A stretch of 64,000 nt of DNA from an uncultured Acidimicrobiia bacterium (lineage in GTDB: Bacteria; Acidobacteriota; Terriglobia; Versatilivoradales; Versatilivoraceae). A program made the position numbers and the translations under genes. Position 1 is the stretch's first letter. Each line of letters begins with the position of its first letter. This document shows positions 56,390 to 64,000 of the stretch, one piece after another. The stretch covers positions 19,315-83,314 of the forward strand of contig CAWEPG010000003.1 in the NCBI GenBank assembly GCA_963810905.1, written 5' to 3'. The notes under the pieces are model-generated. The model was not told the origin of the DNA and ran no database searches. It worked only from the letters and a program-made list of their open reading frames with translations.

Positions 56390-57034
56390 ATGAAGAGATC
56401 GTTTGATCAGGAAATCATGGACGATCCTAACTTGCCGGAGGAAACTTTAATCCTGGTGTACAAGGACCTCACTCGAACGCACAGGTTCCTTGGAAATATT
56501 AGGGCTCTGGTCTTCGAGTTAGGGCGAAATACGAATCCATTACGCCGCGTTCTCGATATCGGCTGTGGCCGTGGCGAGTTACTGTTAGAGATTCAGCGCA
56601 AGATGGAAGTTGAGACGGTCGGTGTGGACGTGAGGGTCCCCCGCACATTCCACTCCGGCGTTCCGATCATACAGGCAGATGCTGTGCGCGATCCGCTGCC
56701 CGCTTGCGACGTCGCCTTGGCCGTCTGCGTGGCCCATCACCTTGGGGATGAGCACGTGGTAGAATTAATCCGTAATGTAGGCCGCTTTTGTAAGCGTTTT
56801 GTCATCCTGGATCTTGTCCGGCATCCACTCCCCCTCCTGCTTTTCCGCTGCTTTGTGGCGCCATTTATTCACTGGATCAACGCGGCGGATGGAGTTTCCT
56901 CGATCCGGCGTTCTTACACACCGGCGGAACTCGAATCGCTGGTTCGTCGCGCCCTGGACGGTTCGCCCTGGACCTATCGACATTCAGTCGGCCTTTTTTA
57001 TGTCAGGCAGATCGTTGATATTTCTTATCTGTGA
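56390..57034 (+). CDS. Class I SAM-dependent methyltransferase.
   Basis: RVLDIGCGRGELLLEI (motif I) and an acidic loop ...VDVRVP. Confidence 0.6.
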   Translation: MKRSFDQEIMDDPNLPEETLILVYKDLTRTHRFLGNIRALVFELGRNTNPLRRVLDIGCGRGELLLEIQRKMEVETVGVDVRVPRTFHSGVPIIQADAVRDPLPACDVALAVCVAHHLGDEHVVELIRNVGRFCKRFVILDLVRHPLPLLLFRCFVAPFIHWINAADGVSSIRRSYTPAELESLVRRALDGSPWTYRHSVGLFYVRQIVDISYL

Positions 57035-57288
57035 AGAAGTAGCCTCCTCAGAAAAACAACCGGTGCTAAAGTTGCGGCTGTCCCTCCCGAAAAGTCCATC
57101 TGTGTCTACCGGAGCCGTCACAAGCGGAATCGATGAATCAGATTGATCGACATTCTCAATCTTCCTGGTAACGAGAGTTGGCGCAGATCGCCCGATTTTG
57201 CTGCCAAAGTTTTTTTGCAAAAGATAGGGGCGTTCTGTTAATTCGGTTGGTAATTCGACGACATCTAAGGAACAATACTCGTCAAAAT

Positions 57289-57879
57289 CTATGGCATGAG
57301 AATAATGTCAAACTCCACCTCGACCTCATCTTTCACATTCACTGTTCCGCCCGCGATGCTAACGGGAGTTATCCCAAATGAGCGCTGCTTGAGTCTGGAG
57401 GAACCCAGGTAGTGACCGTTTCTGAGGTTCACGTCGACAACAACAGGGGATGATTGCCCATGCAAAGTTAGATTCCCATGCACCGTCCAGTGCTCCTTCT
57501 CCTTGCTTTCCACAGCAGTCGAATGAAACGAGATTTCAGTGAAACGATTACTGTCCAGAACCTGGGGACCCTCCATGGTCTCTTGAACATCGGCGCGATT
57601 CTTTGGGGAAAGCTTTAGATCCAGAACACGCAATTTGCGCGCATCCACACACAACTCGATGCTTGGTTTCGTGGACAAGTTTACGCTTCCCTGCCTAATC
57701 GGCGCCTCAATTTCGTGATCGTGAGCGAAGGCAGAAAGCATGCCCGATTTGAAAACTCGGACCTTTAGCGTCGAGTGACCAGTATCCATGGCACGGCTCT
57801 GAGCCCAGGCCACGGCAGAACACGTGCAACCGCACAGTACCACCATTAGCCAAACCGCTGGCAGTCGCGCAGAACTCAT
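57289..57879 (-). CDS. YceI-family periplasmic (polyisoprenoid-binding) protein.
   Basis: A lipoprotein-like signal, then AFAHDHEI, NLTLHGQS and FGITPVS, which are characteristic of the YceI-like domain. Confidence 0.8.
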   Translation of the reverse strand: MSSARLPAVWLMVVLCGCTCSAVAWAQSRAMDTGHSTLKVRVFKSGMLSAFAHDHEIEAPIRQGSVNLSTKPSIELCVDARKLRVLDLKLSPKNRADVQETMEGPQVLDSNRFTEISFHSTAVESKEKEHWTVHGNLTLHGQSSPVVVDVNLRNGHYLGSSRLKQRSFGITPVSIAGGTVNVKDEVEVEFDIILMP

Positions 57880-58045
57880 GTGACCTCCTTGACTCTCTGA
57901 ACTTAATTTTCGAATGTCCCTTGGTCTTCTCTATAAGAGCTCTGATGCGGGGACGATGTTATAGTATGCCTCGGGCACAGTTCAACCCGTAGGAGTCGGG
58001 ACAACCACCGAACGAGGTATCGGCTGGCACCGAGCTCACCCGCTG

Positions 58046-58285
58046 ATGGTTCCTGAGACAATCCGGTTGATTCCGCTGCCACCCTACTGCCTGGAACTCA
58101 ATCCAGCGGAGCACATTTGGGATTACTTCCGGGATTATGCCTTTGGCAATTCAACCTTTGATTCATTGGATCAGGCGGAAAGATCTCTCTGCCGCGGGCT
58201 GAAAACCTTGAACCAACAACCCCAACTGGTTCATTCGATGACTTGCTTCGATTGGATCAAACCTCTACGTACGCCGCACAAGTAG
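58046..58285 (+). mobile_element. C-terminal remnant of an IS630/Tc1-mariner-family DDE transposase.
   Basis: LIPLPPYCLELNPAEHIWDYFRD...FDSLDQAE matches the conserved LPPYSPxLNPIExxW tail, which contains the catalytic E. The rest of the transposase is absent. Confidence 0.7.
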
Positions 58286-58410
58286 TATAAGTGGGTATCC
58301 AACAGCAGTTGCTCTCACTTTCCGGTTAACCGACTAACGACCAAGCGAGGGGCTTCAGCAGGAAAATCAGTCTTTGCGGGTTTGCCGCGCGCCTTGCCGG
58401 CATGTTCGTG

Positions 58411-59043
58411 TCACCGATCCCCTCGCGGTCCGACTGCGCCGCGTATTTGGCCAAGATCCGGCTCCTCGATGCCGGAAGGCTCGACGTGAACGAGGACGTC
58501 TGCGATTTCGGGAAGGGCTAGCCGGATGTGCATCCGGACATTGGTAGCGATGTCGTGTGCTTGGGCAACCGTGATCTGCGAATCAACTTCGACGTGAAGA
58601 TCAACGTGACGCTGGAGCCCGGTCTTTCGCGCGTAGCACTTCTCAATGTCCCGAACTCCTACAACCTGAAGTGCAGCGGTCTCTATGCGCTCGATTTCTT
58701 CTAGCCCAGGCATTGTGTCGATCAAATCGAGCGATGTGTCGCGAAGCACGCGCAAGCCGGTGTAAATCACAAACAGCCCCACCGTGAACCCGCCATAGTG
58801 ATCGGCAGGCAAGAACCGGACTGGATCGTACAGCGTCAGGCCCAACGCACACAGCGCGGCCGCGGCAGAGAGAATGTCAACCGCATCGTTCCATGCGTCT
58901 GCTACAAGCGACCCACTCCCAATCCTCCTGCCCACGCGGAATTTCAGATTGGACATTCCCGTTCGAATGGCTATGGCGGCGAGCAACGGCCATATCGAAT
59001 AAAGCTCCGGCGGGGGATGTACCCATTCACCGGCTTCTCCTAG
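58411..59043 (-). pseudogene. N-terminally truncated cation-diffusion-facilitator (CDF) efflux transporter.
   Basis: It carries TM5-6 and the C-terminal cytoplasmic domain (DAVDILSAAAAL...HVDLHVEVD...AHDIATNVR). The frame stays open upstream to about 59043 with no start codon and no TM1-4. Confidence 0.65.
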
Positions 59044-59858
59044 CTTCAGCTTTCAGTGTGGACGATTCCAAAGGTGCCGGCAACATTGATTGATGATTGG
59101 TGCTGGCGGCTGCATCAGACTGAAAGCTCGTTCAGTTCCCACGAACCGGACTTCGGGAAACCATCTACCCCACATCCCCCAATTCGGTGTCTTAAGGGGC
59201 GAGGCATTCACCTGGAAGAAAGTGAGCGCGCTGGCGAAAGAAGGTTTCGAGTGTTTTCATGCCCTAAGTTAGCTAGAGACCGCCCGGCTTCGCGACTTAT
59301 CTAAATAGTTAGAAATCAGAGGCTATAAAGTTTTTCGGGTGGACACGTATCAGAAGATGAGAAAACGAAATTTGCAGAGAAACAAAGAGAGACTAAATCA
59401 CGGGGTCTCAACACCATCGAGTTTTTTGACCAGACGAGTGCATCTAGCTGTCTCATGCAACCCTCTAAGGCCGGCCGGATTATCGTCTGGTCCGAGATTT
59501 GGATCAATATGTCAAGGCTGGAAAATAATTCTAGTAAGCGTCACGACGACAAGCTATCCGTCCTGCCTTCAGCATCAAAGAAATGGCGTTCGTTACAGTT
59601 TCAACGTCGATTGAGAACGCTTTGGAGCTTGATTACGACGACTCAGGGTGAAGAGTCTTTCATTGTGCAAGAAACGATGATAGTGTAAACTCCCAAGTTG
59701 ATGACTCTTGAAAAGCCGCTACTGGAGCCAGATTAGAGGCAACGAGCCAAAATAAGCGGAGCCGGAGCCAGCGGAATAGATAGATCCTACTTCAATCAAA
59801 GACTGGAGTTATATTCAACACCCCACAATCAATACTATTTCGTAAAGAGGTAATCATA

Positions 59859-60947
59859 ATGAAAAGGAAACCTAGTCGATCCACATCACCCATCATCATG
59901 AGCACTGTTTTATTTTTAAGCCTGTTTCTCATGCTCCCCTGGATTGAAGCGGGCGGGAGCCACACTGCCGGGCCCGCAGCCCAAGGGGACAGCCTTAGCA
60001 TCACCGGGATATCTCCAAATTCTGGTCCAGTCACAGGCGGGACGCCCATTCGAGTTTCAGGGACCGACATCTCTAACGATGCGACTCTAACGATCAAAGG
60101 AATTGCTGCGGTCAACGTCGTTCGGGTCGAGGACAATTTGATCACGGCGGTTACTCCTGCCGTTGCCACTCCCGGACCGGCTGATGTTATCGTTTCTGTC
60201 CCCAACGGGAAATCCGTGACCCTAACGGGAGGTTTCACCTACACAACCAATCAGACGCCGGCGCCCCCAACAACCGCTCAATTCATTCCATACGTCGTCG
60301 ATGACGATAGTTTCAGAACTAATCTGATTCTGACCAACATGACCACTAATCAAGCTACGGTAACGGTCACGTTTGTCGATGCCAGTGGCACGGTGATTGG
60401 CTCTAAGACTTACACCATTGTGGGCAATGGCCGGATTCAGCTTGGAAATGTTTTGCGGGATATTTTGGAAAGTACGGCTCCAACGCATAAGACCGGCTAT
60501 TTGCAGGTTGAATCCACGCAATCCCTGTCCATGGCGACTACTCCGATTGATAACTCCACGAACTCTTCTTCGGTGGTCCAGGGTACAAGGGGGCGGGGAA
60601 CCCATCTCCTGTTGCCTACGTCCACATCGATTGGGGCTTTTAGGACAACTCTGACCCTGGTAAACGATGACAAGTCACAAAATGAAATCGAGATCAAATT
60701 ACGCGACGACGGTGGAACGACGCGGGTCATCAAGACGGTTGCATTAGCTCCTTACGGGTTCTTCCATGTAGAGGACATCCACGGCTTCCTGGGCGTCAAT
60801 GGGGCTGTGGGGGCCATCGAGCTCAGATCCAGTGGCGCCAATGTAGCTCACTTCGTAGCCGTATCGAAAGTGTATGCGCCGTTGACCACCCAGAGTGGCA
60901 GTGTCGGGACGACCAGTTCATTCTTCTTTGCCGAACCGATCCAATAG
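59859..60947 (+). CDS. Secreted IPT/TIG (Ig-like) domain protein.
   Basis: A signal peptide, then ITGISPNSGPVTGGTPIRVSGTDI...LITAVTPA (IPT/TIG) and a Thr/Ser-rich beta-rich remainder. Confidence 0.45.
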   Translation: MKRKPSRSTSPIIMSTVLFLSLFLMLPWIEAGGSHTAGPAAQGDSLSITGISPNSGPVTGGTPIRVSGTDISNDATLTIKGIAAVNVVRVEDNLITAVTPAVATPGPADVIVSVPNGKSVTLTGGFTYTTNQTPAPPTTAQFIPYVVDDDSFRTNLILTNMTTNQATVTVTFVDASGTVIGSKTYTIVGNGRIQLGNVLRDILESTAPTHKTGYLQVESTQSLSMATTPIDNSTNSSSVVQGTRGRGTHLLLPTSTSIGAFRTTLTLVNDDKSQNEIEIKLRDDGGTTRVIKTVALAPYGFFHVEDIHGFLGVNGAVGAIELRSSGANVAHFVAVSKVYAPLTTQSGSVGTTSSFFFAEPIQ

Positions 60948-61102
60948 CGAAGAATCAGAGCAGACGGACATAGGTATATTCCCTAGATCACTCATCTGCT
61001 GGTTAGGCTGAATTCGATATCAAAATGTCCAAGCTTGAGAAAGTGGTAGCAAAAAGCTACCGCCTTAGATCAGAATTAATGATCTCAAGGAACTGACGAG
61101 CT

Positions 61103-62395
61103 GTGACTGGATTTTGTGCGGCAATGAGGAACTTTTCTCGGAATTTCTGGGTCTACTGGACTGCAGGAGCTGTTTGGTCTCTTGGCCTGATGGCCTACTT
61201 CCTCATCTACAACCTCTATTTATTAGATCTTGGTTTCAATGAAGCATTCGTGGGGCGGGTCTCTGCGGCATTTACTCTTGGCAGCCTAGCCGTGACACTA
61301 CCAGCCGGATGGCTCATTACCCGCGTAGGGATAAAGAAAATCCTTATTTCCGGTGCAATTTTAACGGGCTTCGCCCTCTTGGGCAGAGTGATTCTGGTTT
61401 CTCCGATACTGCTTGAATGCCTGGCCTTTGCTAACGGGGCCTCAATCGGCGCCTGGATCGTCGCATCGCCACCCTTCATCACCCAATCTACGAATTCCCA
61501 GGTACGTAGCTGGGCATTCAGCTTGTGGCATGGGACTTCCATTGCAACGGGAGTTCTGGCCGGTTTGCTGGTTGGTTTTTTCTCGAGACATCCATTTTTT
61601 TGGTTGGGAACAAGTTCCCCTAGCCAATTGGTGGGAAAAAAGAGTCTGCTCTTCGCTAGTTCTGCGGTCGCCTGGTTAGCTGTTATTGTTTTACTCTTCC
61701 TTAGGGAAGTCCCTACGGCCGACCGTGCTCCTTTCCCTTTTTTTGGATTAAAGAGGGGGCTTCCCCTCACGGCCGAAGGTCGCCAGTTTGTTGGGCGGAT
61801 GTCTATCGTGTTGATCCTCTGGAGCCTTTTTGTCGGCAGTTTTTCTCCTTTCTTCAACGTGTTCTTTCACACGCACTTTCACCAGCCTCTGGCTGGAATT
61901 AGCTGGATCTTTTCCCTAGCCCAATTGTGCCAGGTTTCAGCCATTTTTTGTATGCCCCTACTGGTTTCCCGCCTGGGAAAATCCAGGGCAATCCCCGCCA
62001 CACAATTCCTTTCGGCAATGGCCTTGCCGCTGTTAGTGATGGTGCCACACATCCTGTGGGCTGGCGCATTGTATATGGTGTATCTTAGTTTCCAGGTAAT
62101 GACAGAGCCCGCTCTTGAGAATTTCATTATGGATTCGGTCCTAGAAAAAGAACGAGCTGTCGTTTCTTCGTTACGATACCTGATTTTTTTCTCTGTTCAG
62201 GCTATTGCCGTCTGGTTAACCGGCTTGGCCATTTCTCGAGTCGGATATCCATTGGTGCTTCCCATAGTCGCCTCGATGGGGCTCGCCGCTTCAGTTTGTT
62301 TTTACTTTATGTTTTACAAGAAACCAGACATACCGTCAGCATCCAATCTCACCTGGGAGGTGCCGATTCAACAGTGGTTCACTCTCGGCCCCTGA
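61103..62395 (+). CDS. MFS-type membrane transporter (12 TM).
   Basis: A 430-aa ORF with twelve hydrophobic segments and a central loop. Confidence 0.55.
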   Translation: MTGFCAAMRNFSRNFWVYWTAGAVWSLGLMAYFLIYNLYLLDLGFNEAFVGRVSAAFTLGSLAVTLPAGWLITRVGIKKILISGAILTGFALLGRVILVSPILLECLAFANGASIGAWIVASPPFITQSTNSQVRSWAFSLWHGTSIATGVLAGLLVGFFSRHPFFWLGTSSPSQLVGKKSLLFASSAVAWLAVIVLLFLREVPTADRAPFPFFGLKRGLPLTAEGRQFVGRMSIVLILWSLFVGSFSPFFNVFFHTHFHQPLAGISWIFSLAQLCQVSAIFCMPLLVSRLGKSRAIPATQFLSAMALPLLVMVPHILWAGALYMVYLSFQVMTEPALENFIMDSVLEKERAVVSSLRYLIFFSVQAIAVWLTGLAISRVGYPLVLPIVASMGLAASVCFYFMFYKKPDIPSASNLTWEVPIQQWFTLGP

Positions 62396-62399
62396 TCTA

Positions 62400-62993
62400 C
62401 CGGTTAAGCACTGGGATTATTTCTTCCTGAAACGCCTTCTCGATATTTCCGGGGCAATTCTTCTACTGGCCATCCTCTCTCCAATCTTGTTGCTCCTGGC
62501 GCTTTTGGTCCGGTTGACAACTCCAGGTTCCGTACTCTTCAAGCAAGAACGGGTTGGATTAAACGGCAGGACTTTCTGGATATACAAATTCAGGACCATG
62601 ATTCCGTCTCCTCCCGAGGTCAGTGACACAGAATGGACTCGGCCCAATGATGGGCGGGTCACCACCCTGGGAAGGTTCCTGAGGCGCACCAGCCTAGACG
62701 AATTGCCTCAACTCGTGAATGTTTTCCGGGGGGAGATGAGCTTGGTCGGGCCTCGTCCTGAGCGACCTTACTATGTGAAACGGTTCATGCAGAATAGCCC
62801 CAAGTATGCAAAACGCTGTATATTAAATGCGGGATAACCGGTTGGGCCCAAGTGCACGGCTGGCGGGGAGACACCTCAATTGAGAAGCGTATTGAACATG
62901 ATCTTTTCTACCTTCAGAACTGGAATATCTGGCTCGACATCAAGATCCTGCTGTTGACCTTGACGCGCGGCTTTTATCACCGGAACGCTCATT
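62400..62993 (+). CDS. Bacterial sugar transferase (polyprenyl-phosphate glycosyl-1-phosphate transferase, WbaP/WcaJ C-terminal-domain type), with a frame break near 62815 and a non-ATG or unresolved start.
   Basis: KRLLDISGAILLLAILSPILLLLALLVRLTTPGSVLFKQERVGLNGRTFWIYKFRTM...DELPQLVNVFRGEMSLVGPRPERP, then in the next frame GITGWAQVHGWRG. It marks the start of an EPS locus. Confidence 0.75.
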
Positions 62994-63008
62994 GATCTGG
63001 GCTTTGAA

Positions 63009-64000
63009 TGGACAACCCCTCTTTGGACACGAAAACCGAAAATCCTTGGGAAATCTTGAGATTGCACTATCGTTTGATCCTGTGCTTGACTCTTGCGTGT
63101 GCAATCTGTCACCGGCTTATTCAGCGTGCTTCAAAAGAAAGTCTACCGCACCAGCACGTACCTTTTGCTTTCAGAGTCTAAAGTCGAGGCCACACAAAGC
63201 ACTATTCCAAATTATGTCTACTACGAAATTCTACGCTCTTATGAATCTTTCATCCTCAACGATTCGACGATTCTCAAAGTTCTGGAAAAGTTCGGGCTGC
63301 AAAATCCTCCCTATTCGTTAACCGTAGATGCATTCCAAAGGCAAAAAATCCTTCAAGTAGAATGGTCCAAGAACACCCGGTTGCTGCAGGTGAGCGCCGA
63401 ATTTCCCAACCCGCGTCTAGCGGCAGAAATCGTCAATTTCTTTGTTGCCAGTGCTGTCCGCATTAACGAGGAGTTGAATGCTCAAGACGTGCAGAAAGCT
63501 CAAGCCCTTTTCAGGGAACAACTCAATATCTCTTCTCAACAACTGGAATCGGCAAGAAAGAAGGTGCTTGAGTTCAATCAGAGTTCAAACCTCGAAACCC
63601 TCCGCCAGACAATCTCTGATTTGCAGGAATCGGGCAGCCGGAATCAGATGGAACTAACCAGACTCGAAGTCGAACGGGCCCGAACAGTGGCAAGAAAGGA
63701 CGCACTACTACTGGAATTCAAGAGGGACGAAAGCACTTCGCGAATGACAACAGAAGGAATGGAGACAGCTTTACCGTTCCGGGACATTGGGGCTGCCGAC
63801 ACAGAAAGTCGTGCCCAACACATCAAAGATAAGGTTGCAGAAACACGTGTAGGGGTCGCAGGAATCGATGCAGCCATCCAGACATTGAAGTCAGCTTTGG
63901 AAAGGGATCGGAAGATGATGGCGCACCTGCAGAAAGAGAAGGCAATTCCAGAAGATCGTTACAGCCAGCTCATTCACGATTATGAGACTGCCCAGTCCAA
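63009..64000 (+). CDS. Wzz/GumC-like polysaccharide co-polymerase (chain-length determinant), frame-broken near 63110-63180. It continues past the window end.
   Basis: An N-terminal cytoplasmic segment and TM (ILRLHYRLILCLTLACAI), then a long coiled-coil periplasmic region (EELNAQDVQKAQALFREQL...). It sits next to the sugar transferase. Confidence 0.5.

Overview
The window is a 64-kb chromosomal segment of moderate GC (about 53-55 %, with a higher-GC island at roughly 30.6-33.2 kb) and carries many secreted glycosidases, transporters and envelope proteins. Judging from the TonB-dependent receptor with a carboxypeptidase-regulatory-like N-terminus and a C-terminal Phe, the glycosidase-rich gene content and an alpha-2-macroglobulin paired with pbpC, it is probably from an Acidobacteriota-like soil bacterium. 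Recognisable genes, in order, are listed below; the HupE cluster in the middle and the Wzz-like gene at the window end also contain broken frames.

- 1-9 kb: a sodium:solute symporter (broken frame), a GT-C-type membrane glycosyltransferase, a Tat-exported GH78-like rhamnosidase and pbpC (broken frame).
- 9-16.6 kb: a REP-flanked IS200-like tyrosine transposase inserted between pbpC and a roughly 1,890-aa alpha-2-macroglobulin (thioester CLEQ, two broken frames), then a GT2 glycosyltransferase.
- 17-30 kb: a Tat-secreted protein, two SAM methyltransferase-type genes, a SRPBCC/AHSA1 protein (broken frame), a PhyH dioxygenase, an MFS transporter, an MsbA-like ABC exporter, a DJ-1/PfpI protein (broken frame) and a GH63-like glucosidase.
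- 30.6-36.4 kb: two paralogous DUF3604-like secreted hydrolase genes, one intact and high-GC, one decayed by about seven frameshifts, sharing an about 80 % identical 70-nt 5' leader.
- 36.4-40.7 kb: a PpiC-type PPIase (broken frames) and a cluster of three HupE/UreJ-family metal transporters. A four-helix-bundle gene (the 23S-rRNA intervening-sequence protein family) sits inside the cluster, and every junction is filled with blocks of 7-nt tandem repeats in both orientations.
- 41-47.7 kb: a TonB-dependent receptor (broken frame), Cu/Zn superoxide dismutase (sodC) and a PQQ beta-propeller protein.
- 48-54.6 kb: an HprK-like P-loop orphan, then a four-gene envelope module of OM beta-barrel (broken frame), cupredoxin-like protein, LytS-type kinase and LytTR regulator.
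- 55-59 kb: an FAD oxidoreductase, a methyltransferase and a YceI protein, followed by an IS630 transposase remnant and a truncated CDF transporter.
- 59.8-64 kb: an IPT/TIG secreted protein, whose 3' end is duplicated as an orphan fragment at 54.9 kb, an MFS-like protein, and the start of an EPS locus (sugar transferase and a Wzz-like gene, both frame-broken).

About 17 or more genes are interrupted by single-base indels. The three I reconstructed by hand each fall in a homopolymer run, which argues for assembly errors rather than real pseudogenes, except where the density is far above background (DUF3604 copy 2). No rRNA, tRNA or CRISPR array could be supported.
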